DNA from: Camelus dromedarius
Lineage: Eukaryota
DNA length: 64,000 bases
Reading direction: 5' to 3'
Assembly: GCF_036321535.1 (NCBI RefSeq)
Contig: NC_087436.1
Location: 2,480,001 to 2,544,000 of the forward strand
Shown here: positions 37,701 to 50,540 of the stretch, piece by piece
How the letters are laid out: each line of letters starts with the position of its first letter
Position numbering within the stretch: position 1 is the first letter of the stretch
Position numbers and translations under genes: made by a program
The notes under the pieces: generated by a model
What the model saw: only the letters and a program-made list of their open reading frames with translations
Told to the model about the DNA's origin: nothing
Database searches by the model: none

Positions 37701-40700
37701 ACGTGTTGCATTAGAAACTTTTACTCTGGTTTCTCCGTATGTTTCCTAGTGCTTGTTTGAAGTTCCTGCATTTTTCACTGTAAAACCGAGTTGGAGCTAG
37801 TACCTCCCCATAAATATGTATGGAGTGGAGTTTGCAACTGAAAAGAAACTTTGTGTTCCCAACAAGCTAGGTGAAGGACTGCTTTCACACACACTTATCT
37901 CTGAGAACTGAGCATGTGGAGAGACGTTCGTTCATCTAGCACAAAGGGAACGTGTTGCAGGAGAAACTTTTACTCTGGTCTCTCAGTCTGTTTCCTAGTG
38001 CCGGTTTGAAGTTCCTGCAGTTTTCACTGTAAAACCGAGTTGGAGCTAGTACCTCCCCTTATATATGTATGGAGTGGTGTTTGCAACTGAAAAGAAACTT
38101 TGTGTTCCCAACAAGCTAGGTGAAGGACGGCTTTCACACACACTTATCTCTCAGAACTGAGCATGTGGAGAGACGTTCGTTCACCTAGCACAAAGGGAAA
38201 GGTTTGCAGGAGAAACTTTTACTCTGTCTTCTCAGTCTGTTTCCTAGTGCCGGTTTGATGTTCCTGCAGTTTTCACTGTAAAACAGAGTTGGAGCTAGTA
38301 CCTCCCCTTATATATGTATGGAGTGGAGTTTGCAACTGAAAAGAAACTTTGTGTTCCCAACAATATTGGTGAAGGACGGCTTTCACACACACCTATCTCT
38401 CACAACTGAGCATGTGGAGAGACGTTCGTTCATCTAGCACAAAGGGAACGTTTTGCATTAGAAAATTTTACTCTGGTTTCTCAGTATGTTTCCTAGTGCC
38501 GGTTTGAAGTTCCTGCAGTTTTCACTGTAAAACCGACTTGGAGCTAGTACCTCCCCATAAATATGTATGGAGTGGAGTTTGCAACTGAAAAGAAACTTTG
38601 TGTTCCCAACAAGCTAGGTGAAGGACGGCTTTCACACACACTTATCTCTGAGAACTGAGCATGTGGAGAGACGTTCGTTCATCTAGCACAAAGGGAACGT
38701 GTTGCAATAGAAACTTTTACTCTGGTCTCTCAGTCTGTTTCCTAGTGCCGGTTTGAAGTTCCTGCAGTTTTCACTGTTAAACAGAGTTGGAGCTAGTACC
38801 TCCCCTTATATATGTATGGAGTGGTGTTTGCAACTGAAAAGAAACTTTGTGTTCCCAACAATCTTGGTGAAGGACGGCTTTCACACACACTTATCTCTCA
38901 GAAATGAGCATGTGGAGAGACGTTCGTTCATCTAGCACAAAGGGAAGGCTTGCAGGAGAAACTTTTACTCTGGTTTCTCAGTCTGTTTCCTAGTGCCGGT
39001 TTGAAGTTCCTGCAGTTTTCACTGTAAAACCGAGTTGGAGCTAGGGCCTCCCCATATATATGTATGGATTGGATTTTGCAACTGAAAAGAACTTTGAGTT
39101 CCCAACAAGCTAGGTGAAGGACGGCTTTCACACACACTTATCTCTCAGAACTTAGCATGTGGAGAGACGTTCGTTCATCTAGCACAAAGGGAACGTGTTG
39201 CATTAGAAACTTTTACTCTGGTTTCTCAGTATGTTTCCTAGTGCCGGTTTGAAGTTCCTGCAGTTTTCACTGTAAAACTGAGTTGGAGCTAGTACCTCCC
39301 CATTAATAGGTATGGAGTGGAGTTTGCAACTGAAAAGAAACTTTGTGTTCCCAACAAGCTAGGTGAAGGACGGCTTTCACACACACTTATCTCTCAGAAC
39401 TGGGCATGTGGAGAGACGTTCGTTCATCTAGCACAAAGAGAACGTGTTGCAGGAGAAACTTTTACTCTGGTCTCTCAGTCTGTTTCCTAGTGCCGGTTTG
39501 AAGTTCCTGCAGTTTTCACTGTAAAACCGATTTGGAGCTAGTACCTCCCCTTATATATGTATGGAGTGGAGTTTGCAACTGAAAAGAAACTTTGTGTTCC
39601 CAACAAGCTAGGTGAAGTACGGCTTTCACACACACTTAACTCTCAAATCTGAGCATGTGGAGAGACGTTCGTTCATCTAGCACAAAGGGAACGGCTTGCA
39701 GGAGAAACTTTTACTCTGGTTTCTCAGTCTGTTTCCTAGTGCCGGTTTGAAGTTCCTGCAGTTTTCACTGTAAAACGGAGATGGAGCTAGGGCCTCCCCA
39801 TATATATGTATGGAGTGGAGTTTGCAACTGAAAAGAACTTTGAGTTCCCAACAAGCAAGGTGAAGGACGGCTTTCACACACACTTATTTTTCAGAACTTA
39901 GCATGTGGAGAGACGTTAGTTCATCTAGCACAAAGGGAACGGGTTGCATTAGAAAATTTTACTCTGGTTTCTCATTCTGTTTCCTAGTGCAGGTTTGAAG
40001 TTCCTGCAGTTTTCACTGTAAATATGAGTTGGAGCTAGAACCTCCCCATAAATATGTATGGAGTGGAGTTTGCAACTGAAAAGAAACTTTGTGTTCCCAA
40101 CAAGGTAGTTGAAGGATGGCTTTCACACAGACTTATCTCTGAGAACTGAGCATGTGGAGAGACTTTCGTTCATGTAGCACAAAGGGAACGTGTTGCAGGA
40201 GAAACTTTTACTCTGATTTCTCAGTCTGTTTCCTAGTGCCGGTTTGAAGTTCCTGCAGTTTTCACTGTAAAACCGAGTTGGAGCTAGTACCTCCCTATAT
40301 ATATGTATGGAGTGGAGTTTGCAACTGAAAAGAAATTTTGTGTTCCCAACAAGCTAGCTGAAGGACGGCTTTCACGCACAATTATCTCTCAGAACTGAGC
40401 ATGTGGAGAGACATTCGTTCATCTAGCACAAAAGGAACGGGTTGCAGGGGAAACTTTTTCTCTGGCCTCTCAGTCTGTTTCTTAGTGCCGGTTTGAAGTT
40501 CCTGCAGTTTTCACTGTAAAACCGAGTTGGAGCTAGTACCTCCCCATATATATGTATGGAGTGGATTTTGCAACTGAAAAGAAACTTTGTGTTCCAAACA
40601 AGCTAGGTGAAGTACGGCTTTCACACACACTTATCTCTCAGAACTGAGCATGTGGAGAGACGTTTGTTCATCTAGCACAAAGGGAACGGTTTGAAGGTTA

Positions 40701-42000
40701 AACTTTTACTCATTTTTCTCACTCTGTTTCCTAGTGCCGGTTTGAAGTTCCTGCAGTTTTCACTGTAAAACCGAGTTGGAGCTAGTAACTCCCCATATAT
40801 ATATATGTAGTGGATTTTGCAACTGAAAAGAAACTTTGTGTTCCCAACAAGCTAGGTGAAGGACGGCTTTCACACACACTTATCTCTCACAACTGAGCAT
40901 GTGGAGAGACGTTCGTTCATCTAGCACAAAGGGAACGGGTTGCATTAGAAAATTTTACTCTGGATTCTCATTCTGTTTCCTAGTGCAGGTTTGAAGTTCC
41001 TGCAGTTTTCACTGTAGAAATGAGTTGGAGCTAGTACCTCCCCATAAATAAGTATGGAGTGGAGTTTGCAACTGAAAACAAACTTTGTGTTCCCAACAAG
41101 GTAGTTGAAGTTCGGCTTTCACGCAGACTTATCTCTGAGAACTGAGCATGTGGAGAGACGTTCGTTCATCTAGCACAAAGGGAACGTGTTGCAGGAGAAA
41201 CTTTTACTCTGGTTTCTCAGTCTGTTTCCTAGTGCCGGTTTGAAGTTCCTGCAGTTTTCACTGTAAAACCGAGTTGGAGCTATTACCTCCCTATATATAT
41301 GTATGGAGTGGAGTTTGCAACTGAAAAGAAACTTTGTGTTCCCAACAAGCTAGGTGAAGGACGGATTTCACACACACTTAACTCTCAGAACTGAGCATGT
41401 GGAGAGACGTTCGTTCATCTAGCACAAAGGGAACGGCTTGCAGGAGAAACTTTCACTCTGGTTTCTCAGTCTGTTTCCTAGTGCCGGTTTGAAGTTCCTG
41501 CAGTTTTCACTGTAAAACGGAGATGGAGCTAGGGCCTCCCCATATATATGTATGGAGTGGAGTTTGCTACTGAAAAGAACTATGAGTTCCCAACAAGCTA
41601 GGTGAAGGACGGCTTTCACACACACTTATCTCTCAGAACTGAGCATGTGGAGAGACGTTTGTTCATCTAGCACAAAGGGAACGGTTTGAAGGTTAAACTT
41701 TTACTCATTTTCTCACTCTGTTTCTTAGTGCCGGTTTGAAGTTCCTGCAGTTTTCACTGTAAAACCGAGTTGGAGCTAGTACCTCCCCATATATATATAT
41801 GGAGTGGATTTTGCAACTGAAAAGAAACTTTGTGTTCCCAACAAGCTAGGTGAAGGACGGCTTTCACACACACTTATCTCTCACAACTGAGCATGTGGAG
41901 AGACGTTCGTTCATCTAGCACAAAGGGAACGGGTTGCATTAGAAAATTTTACTCTGGTTTCTCATTCTGTTTCCTAGTGCAGGTTTGAAGTTCCTGCAGT
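10741..42000. repeat. HOR domain 2: long (~26-28-monomer) higher-order block in several rearranged copies
   Basis: Marker monomers recur at 13896/20363/24344/35287, 14804/21271/25252/36195 and 17362/28059/38753 (coordinates of the near-identical chance ORFs). The right boundary is approximate. Confidence 0.8.
19190..26900. repeat. Tandem duplication of a 15/16-monomer block (offset 3732, then 3981 after a one-monomer indel)
   Basis: TCCAAACAAG at 19201/22933 and ORFs at 19778/23510 give an offset of 3732. The T-deletion variant GGCTTCACAC at 21961/25942 and ORFs at 21271/25252 give 3981. AAAGATACTTT and GAGGGACG are shared by both copies. Confidence 0.88.
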
Positions 42001-44649
42001 TTTCACTGTAAAAATGAGTTGGAGCTAGTACCTCCCCATAAATAAGTATGGAGTGGAGTTTGCAACTTAAAAGAAACTTTGTGTTCCCAACAAGGTAGTT
42101 GAAGTACGGCTTTCACACAGACTTTTCTCTGAGAACTGAGCATGTGGAGAGACGTTCGTTCATCTAGCACAAAGGGAACGTGTTGCAGGAGAAACTTTTA
42201 CTCTGGTTTCTCAGTCTGTTTCCTAGTGCCGGTTTGAAGTTCCTGCAGTTTTCACTGTAAAACCGAGTTGGAGCTAGTACCTCCCTATATATATGTATGG
42301 AGTGGAGTTTTCAACTGAAAAGAAACTTTGTGTTCCCAACAAGCTAGGTGAAGGACGGCTTACACACACAATTATCTCTCAGAACTGAGCATGTGGAGAG
42401 ACGTTCGTTCATCTAGCACAAAGGGAACGTGTTGCAGGAGAAACTTTTACTCTGGTCTCTCAGTCTGTTTCCTAGTGCCGGTTTGAAGTTCCTGCAGTTT
42501 TCACTGTAAAACCGAGTTGGAGCTAGTACCTCCCCTTATATATGTATGGAGTGGAGTTTGCAACTGAAAAGAAACTTTTTGTTTCCAACAAGCTAGGTGA
42601 AGAACGGATTTCACACACACCTATCTCTGAGAACTGAGCATGTGGAGAGACGTTCGTGCGTCTAGCACAAAGGGAACGTGTTGCAGGAGAAATTTTACTC
42701 TGGTCTCTCAGTCTGTTTCCTAGTGCCGGTTTGAAGTTCCTGCAGTTTTCACTGTAAAACCGATTTGGAGCTAGTACCTCCCCTTATATATGTATGGAGT
42801 GGAGTTTGCAACTGAAAAGAAACTTTGTGTTCCCAACAAGCTAGGTGAAGGACGGCTTTCACACACAATTATCTCTGAGAACTGAGCATGTGGAGAGACG
42901 TTCGTTCATCTAGCACAAAGGGAACGGTTTGCATTAGAAAATTTTACTCTGGTTTCTCATTCTGTTTCCTACTGCAGGTTTGAAGATCCTGCAGTTTTCA
43001 CTGTAAAAATGTGTTGGAGCTTGTACCTCCCCATAAATATGTATGGAGTGGAGTTTGCAACTGAAAAGAAACTTTGTGTTCCCAAAAAGGAAGTTGAAGG
43101 ACGGCTTTCACACAGACTTATCTCTGAGAAGTGAGCATGTGGAGAGACGTTCGTTCATCTAGCACAAATGGAACGTGTTGCAGGAGAAACATTTACTCTG
43201 GTTTCTCAGTCTGTTTCCTACTGCCGGTTGGAATTTCCTGCAGTTTTCACTGTAAAACCGAGTTGGAGCAAGTACCTCCCTATATATAAGTATGGAGTGG
43301 AGTTTGCAACTGAAAAGAAACTTTGTGTTCCCAACAAGCTAGGTGAAGGACGGCTTTCACACACACTTATCTCTGAGAACTGAGCATGTGGAGAGACGTT
43401 CGTTCATCTAGCACAAAGGGAACGTGTTGCAGGAGAAACTTTTACTCTGGTCTCTCAGTCTGTTTCCTAGTGCCGGTTTGAAGTTCCTGCAGTTTTCACT
43501 GTAAAACCGAGTTGGAGCTAATACCTCCCCTTATATATGTATGGAGTGGAGTTTGCAACTGAAAAGAAACTTTGTGTTCCCAACAAGCTAGGTGAAGGTC
43601 GGATTTCACACACACTTAACTCTCAGAACTGAGCATGTGGAGAGACGTTCGTTCATCTAGCACAAAGGGAACGGCTTGCAGGAGAAACTTTTACTCTGGT
43701 TTCTCAGTCTGTTTCCTAGTGCCGGTTTGAAGTTCCTGCAGTTTTCACTGTAAAACGGAGATGGAGCTAGGGCCTACCCATATATATGTATGGAGTGGAG
43801 TTTGCAACTGAAAAGAACTTTGAGTTCCCAACAAGCTAGTTGAAGTACGGCTTTCACACAGACTTTTCTCTGAGAACTGAGCATGTGGAGAGACGTTCGT
43901 TCATCTAGCACAATGGGAACGTGTTGCAGGAGAAATTTTACTCTGGTTTCTCAGTCTGTTTCCTAGTGCCGGTTTGAAGTTCCTGCAGTTTTCACTGTAA
44001 AACCGAGTTGGAGCTAGTACCTCCCTATATATATGATTGGAGTGGAGTTTGCAACTGAAAAGAAAATTTGTGTTCCCAACAAGCTAGGTGAAGGACGGCT
44101 TTCACACACAATTATCTCTCAGAACTGAGCATGTGGAGAGACGTTCGTTCATCTAGCACAAAGGGAACGGTTTGCATTAGAAAATTTTACTCTGGTTTCT
44201 CATTCTGTTTCCTAGTGCAGGTTTGAAGTTCCTGCAGTTTTCACTGTAAAAATGAGTTGGAGCTAGTAAATCCCCATAAATATGTATGGAGTGGAGTTTG
44301 CAACTGAAAAGAAACTTTGTGTTCCCAACAAGGTAGTTGAAGGACGGCTTTCACACAGACTTATCTCTGAGAACTGAGCATGTGGAGAGACGTTCGTTCA
44401 TCTAGCACAAAGGGAACGTGTTGCAGGAGAAACTTTTACTCTGGTTTCTCAGTCTGTTTCCTAGTGCCGGTTTGAAGTTCCTGCAGTTTTCACTCTAAAA
44501 CCGATTTGGAGCAAGTACCTCCCTATATATATGTATGGAGTGGAGTTTGCAACTGAAAAGAAACTTTGTGTTCCCAACAAGCTAGGTGAAGGACGGCTTT
44601 CACACACAATTATCTCTCAGATCTGAGCATGTGGAGAGACGTTCGTTCA

Positions 44650-47600
44650 TCTAGCACAAAAGGAACGGGTTGCAGGGGAAACTTTTTCTCTGGCCTCTCA
44701 GTCTGTTTCCTAGTGCCGGTTTGAAGTTCCTGCAGTTTTCACTGTAATACCGAGTTGGAGCTAGTACCTCCCCATATATATGTATGGAGTGGAGTTTGCA
44801 ACTGAAAAGAAACTTTGTGTTCCCAACAAGCTAGGTGAAGGACGGCTTTCACACACACTTATATCTGAGAACTGAGCATGTGGAGAGACGTTCGTGCGTC
44901 TAGCACAAAGGGAACGTGTTGCAGGGGAAACTTTTACTCTTGTCTCTCAGTCTGTTTCCTAGTGCCGGTTTGAAGTTCCTGCAGTTTTCACTGTAAAACC
45001 GAGTTGGAGCTAGTACCTCCCCTTATATATGTATGGAGTGGAGTTTGCAACTGAAAAGAAACTTTGTGTTCCCAACAAGCTAGGTGAAGGTCGGATTTCA
45101 CACACACTTTACTCTCAGATCTGAGCATGTGGAGAGACGTTCGTTCATCTAGCACAAAGGGAACGGCTTGCAGGAGAAACTTTTACTCTGGTTTCTCAGT
45201 CTGTTTCCTAGTGCCGGTTTGAAGTTCCTGCAGTTTTCACTGTAAAACGGAGATGGAGCTAGGGCCTCCCCATATAAATGTATGGAGTGGAGTTTGCAAC
45301 TGAAAAGAACTTTGAGTTCCCAACAAGCTAGGTGAAGGACGGCTTTCACACACACTTATTTCTCAGAACTTAGCATGTGGAGAGACTTTAGTTCATCTAG
45401 CACAAAGAGAACGTGTTGCAGGAGAAACTTTTACTCTGGTTTCTCATTCTGTTTCATAGTGCCTGTTTGAAGTTCCTGCAGTTTTCACTGTAAAACCGTG
45501 TTGGAGCTAGTACCTCCCTATAAATATGTATGGAGTGGAGTTTGCAAATGAAAAGAAACTTTGTGGTCCCAACAAGCTAGGTGAAGTACGGCTTTCACAC
45601 ACACTTATTTCTGAGATCTGAGCATGTGGAGAGAAGTTCGTTCATCTAGCACAAAGGGAACGTGATGCAGGAGAAACTTTTACTCTGGTCTCTCAGTCTG
45701 TTTCCTAGTGCCGGTTTTAAGTTCCTGCAGTTTTCAATGTAAAACCGAGTTGGAGCTAGTACCTCCCCATATATATGTATGGAGTGGAGTTTGCAAATGA
45801 AAAGAATCTTTGTGTTCCCAACAAGCTAGGTGAAGGATGGCTTTCACACACACTTATCTCTCAGAACTGAGCATGTGGAGAGACGTTCGTTCATCTAGCA
45901 CAAAGGGAACGGCTTGCAGGAGAAACTTTTACTCTGGTCTCTCAGTCTGTTTCCTAGTGCCGGTTTGAAGTTCCTGCAGTTTTCACTGTAAAACGGAGTT
46001 GGAGCTAGGGCCTCCCCATATATATGTATGGAGTGGAGTTTGCAACTGAAAAGAAACTTTGAGTTCCCAACAAGCTAGGTGAAGGACGGTTTCACACACA
46101 CTTATCTCTCAGAACTTATCATGTGGAGAGACGTTAGTTCATCTAGCACAAAGAGAACGGGTTGCAGGAAAAACTTTTTCTCTGGTTTCTCAGTCTGTTT
46201 CCTAGTGCCGGTTTGATGTTCCTGCAGTTTTCACTGTAAAACCGTGTTGGAGCTAGTACCTCTCTATAAATATGTATGGAGTGGAGTTTGCAACTGAAAA
46301 GAAACTTTGTGTTCCCAACAAGCTAGGTGAAGTACTACTTTCACACACACTTATCTCTCAGAACTGAGCATGTGGAGAGACGTTCGTTCATGTAGCACAA
46401 AGGGAACGTGTTGCAGGAGAAACTTTTACTCTGATTTCTCAGACTGTTTCCTAGTGCCGGTTTGAAGTTCCTGCAGTTTTCACTGTAAAACCGAGTTGGA
46501 GCTAGTACCTCCCTATATATATGTATGGAGTGGAGTTTGCAACTGAAAAGAAATTTTGTGTTCCCAACAAGCTAGCTGAAAGACGCCTTTCACACACAAT
46601 TATCTCTCAGAACTGAGCATGTGGAGAGACGTTCGTTCATCTAGCACAAAGGGAACGGGTTGCAGGGGAAACTTTTTCTCTGGCCTCTCAGTCTGTTTCT
46701 TAGTGCCGGTTTGAAGTTCCTGCAGTTTTCACTGTAAAACCGACTTGGAGCTACTACCTCCCCATATATATTTATGGAGTGGAGTTTGCAACTGAAAAGA
46801 AACTTTGTGTTCCAAACAAGCTAGGTGAAGTACGGCTTTCACACACAATTATCTCTCAGAACTGAGCATGTGGAGAGACGTTTGTTCATCTAGCACAAAA
46901 GGAACGGGTTGCAGGGGAAACTTTTTCTCTGGCCTCTCAGTCTGTTTCCTAGTGCCGGTTTGAAGTTCCTGCAGTTTTCACTGTAATACCGAGTTGGAGC
47001 TAGTACCTCCCCATATATATGTATGGAGTGGAGTTTGCAACTGAAAAGTAACTTTGTGTTCCCAACAAGCTAGGTGAAGGACGGCTTTCACACACACTTA
47101 TATCTGAGAACTGAGCATGTGGAGAGACGTTCGTGCGTCTAGCACAAAGGGAACGTGTTGCAGGAGAAACTTTTACTCTGGTCTCTCAGTCTGTTTCCTA
47201 GTGCCGGTTTGAAGTTCCTGCAGTTTTCACTGTAAAACCGAGTTGGAGCTAGTACCTCCCCTTATATATGTATGGAGTGGAGTTTGCAACTGAAAAGAAA
47301 CTTTGTGTTCCCAACAAGCTAGGTGAAGGTCGGATTTCACACACACTTTACTCTCAGATCTGAGCATGTGGAGAGACGTTCGTTCATCTAGCACAAAGGG
47401 AACGGCTTGCAGGAGAAACTTTTACTCTGGTTTCTCAGTCTGTTTCCTAGTGCCGGTTTGAAGTTCCTGCAGTTTTCACTGTAAAACGGAGATGGAGCTA
47501 GGGCCTCCCCATATAAATGTATGGAGTGGAGTTTGCAACTGAAAAGATCTTTGAGTTCCCAACAAGCAAGGTGAAGGACGGCTTTCACACACACTTATTT

Positions 47601-49380
47601 CTCAGAACTTAGCATGTGGAGAGACTTTAGTTCATCTAGCACAAAGAGAACTTGTTGCAGGAGAAACTTTTACTCTGGTTTCTCTTTCTGTTTCATAGTG
47701 CCTGTTTGAAGTTCCTGCAGTTTTCACTGTAAAACCGTGTTGGAGCTAGTACCTCCCTATAAATATGTATGGAGTGGAGTTTGCAACTGAAAAGAAACTT
47801 TGTGGTCCCAACAAGCTAGGTGAAGTACGGCTTTCACACACACTTATTTCTGAGATCTGAGCATGTGGAGAGAAGTTCGTTCATCTAGCACAAAGGGAAC
47901 GTGATGCAGGAGAAACTTTTACTCTGGTCTCTCAGTCTGTTTCCTAGTGCCGGTTTTAAGTTCCTGCAGTTTTCAATGTAAAACCGAGTTGGAGCTAGTA
48001 CCTCCCCATATATATGTATGGAGTGGAGTTTGCAAATGAAAAGAATCTTTGTGTTCCCAACAAGCTAGGTGAAGGATGGCTTTCACACACACTTATCTCT
48101 CAGAACTGAGCATGTGGAGAGACGTTCGTTCATCTAGCACAAAGGGAACGGGTTGCAGGGGAAACTTTTACTCTGGTTTCTCAGTCTGTTTCCTAGTGCC
48201 GGTTTGAAGTTCCTCCAGTTTTCACTGTAAAACCGAGTTGGAGCTAGAACCTCCCCATATATATGTATGGAGTGGAGTTTGCAACTGAAAAGAAACTTTG
48301 TGTTCCCAACAATCTTGGTGAAGGATGGCTTTCACACACACTTTCCTCTCAGAACTGAGCATGTGGAGAGACGTTCGTTCATCTAGCACAAAGGGAACGG
48401 CTTGCAGGAGAAACTTTTACTCTGGTCTCTCAGTCTGTTTCCTAGTGCCGGTTTGAAGTTCCTGCAGTTTTCACTGTAAAACGGAGTTGGAGCTAGGGCC
48501 TCCCCATATATATGTATGGAGTGGAGTTTGCAACTGAAAAGAAACTTTGAGTTCCCAACAAGCTAGGTGAAGGACGGTTTCACACACACTTATCTCTCAG
48601 AACTTATCATGTGGAGAGACGTTAGTTCATCTAGCACAAAGAGAACGGGTTGCAGGAAAAACTTTTACTCTGGTTTCTCAGTCTGTTTCCTAGTGCCGGT
48701 TTGATGTTCCTGCAGTTTTCACTGTAAAACCGTGTTGGAGCTAGTACCTCCCTATAAATATGTATGGGGTGGAGTTTGCAACTGAAAAGAAACTTTGTGT
48801 TCCCAACAAGCTAGGTGAAGTACTACTTTCACACACACTTATCTCTCAGAACTGAGCATGTGGAGAGACGTTCGTTCATGTAGCACAAAGGGAACGTGTT
48901 GCAGGATAAACTTTTACTCTGATTTCTCAGACTGTTTCCTAGTGCCGGTTTGAAGTTCCTGCAGTTTTCACTGTAAAACCGAGTTGGAGCTAGTACCTCC
49001 CCATATATATGTATGGAGTGGAGTTTGCAACTGAAAAGAAATTTTGTGTTCCCAACAAGCTAGCTGAAAGACGGCTTTCACACACAATTATCTCTCAGAA
49101 CTGAGCATGTGGAGAGACGTTCGTTCATCTAGCACAAAAGGAACGGGTTGCAGGGGAAACTTTTTCTCTGGCCTCTCAGTCTGTTTCTTAGTGCCGGTTT
49201 GAAGTTCCTGCAGTTTTCACTGTAAAACCGACTTGGAGCTAGTACCTCCCCATATATATGTATGGAGTGGAGTTTGCAACTGAAAAGAAACTTTGTGTTC
49301 CAAACAAGCTAGGTGAAGTACGGCTTTCACACACACTTATCTCTCTGAACTGAGCATGTGGAGAGACGTTTGTTCATCTA
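44650..49380. repeat. Tandem duplication of a 9/10-monomer block
   Basis: CTGTAATAC at 44742/46981 and ORFs at 45149/47388 give an offset of 2239. AGGACGGTTTC at 46083/48571 gives 2488, after an extra monomer at ~48130-48380. Confidence 0.85.
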
Positions 49381-50540
49381 GCACAAAGGGAACGGTTTGA
49401 AGGTTAAACTTTTACTCATTTTTCTCACTCTGTTTCCTAGTGCCGGTTTGAAGTTCCTGCAGGTTTCACTGTAAAACTGAGTTGGAGCATGTACTTCCCC
49501 ATATATATTTATGGAGTGGATTTTGCAACTGAAAAGAAACTTTGTGTTCCCAACAAGCTAGGTGAAGGACGGTTTCACACACACTTATCTCTCAGAACTT
49601 ATCATGTGGAGAGACGTTAGTTCATCTAGCACAAAGAGAACGGGTTGCAGGAAAAATTTTACTCTGGTTTCTCAGTCTGTTTCCTAGTGCCGGTTTGATG
49701 TTCCTGCAGTTTTCACTGTAAAACCGTGTTGGAGCTAGTACCTCCCTATAAATATGTATGGAGTGGAGTTTGCAACTGAAAAGAAACTTTGTGTTCCCAA
49801 CAAGCTAGGTGAAGTACTACTTTCACACACACTTATCTCTCAGAACTGAGCATGTGGAGAGACGTTCGTTCATGTAGCACAAAGGGAACGTGTTGCAGGA
49901 GAAACTTTTACTCTGATTTCTCAGACTGTTTCCTAGTGCCGGTTTGAAGTTCCTGCAGTTTTCACTGTAAAACCGAGTTGGAGCTAGTACCTCCCCATAT
50001 ATATGTATGGAGTGGAGTTTGCAACTGAAAAGAAATTTTGTGTTCCCAACAAGCTAGCTGAAAGACGGCTTTCACACACAATTATCTCTCAGAACTGAGC
50101 ATGTGGAGAGACGTTCGTTCATCTAGCACAAAAGGAACGGGTTGCAGGGGAAACTTTTTCTCTGGCCTCTCAGTCTGTTTCTTAGTGCCGGTTTGAAGTT
50201 CCTGCAGTTTTCACTGTAAAACCGACTTGGAGCTAGTACCTCCCCATATATATGTATGGAGTGGAGTTTGCAACTGAAAAGAAACTTTGTGTTCCAAACA
50301 AGCTAGGTGAAGTACAGCTTTCACACACACTTATCTCTCTGAACTGAGCATGTGGAGAGACGTTTGTTCATCTAGCACAAAGGGAACGGTTTGAAGGTTA
50401 AACTTTTACTCATTTTTCTCACTCTGTTTCCTAGTGCCGGTTTGAAGTTCCTGCAGGTTTCACTGTAAAACTGAGTTGGAGCAAGTACTTCCCCATATAT
50501 ATTTATGGAGTGGATTTTGCAACTGAAAAGAAACTTTGTG
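48550..50540. repeat. Tandem duplication of a 4-monomer (~995 bp) block
   Basis: AGGACGGTTTC at 48571/49566, TACTACTTTC at 48821/49815 and GAAGGTTAAAC at 49399/50393. CTCTCTGAAC and AGGTTTCACTGTAAAACTGA are present in both copies. Confidence 0.87.

Noticed and set aside
17362..38935. A regular 43-monomer (~10.7 kb) HOR suggested by markers at 17362, 28059 and 38753
   Set aside because: The two intervals have different contents. The first contains the 15/16-mer duplication, and the second contains the block homologous to 10.7-13 kb. The equal spacing appears coincidental.
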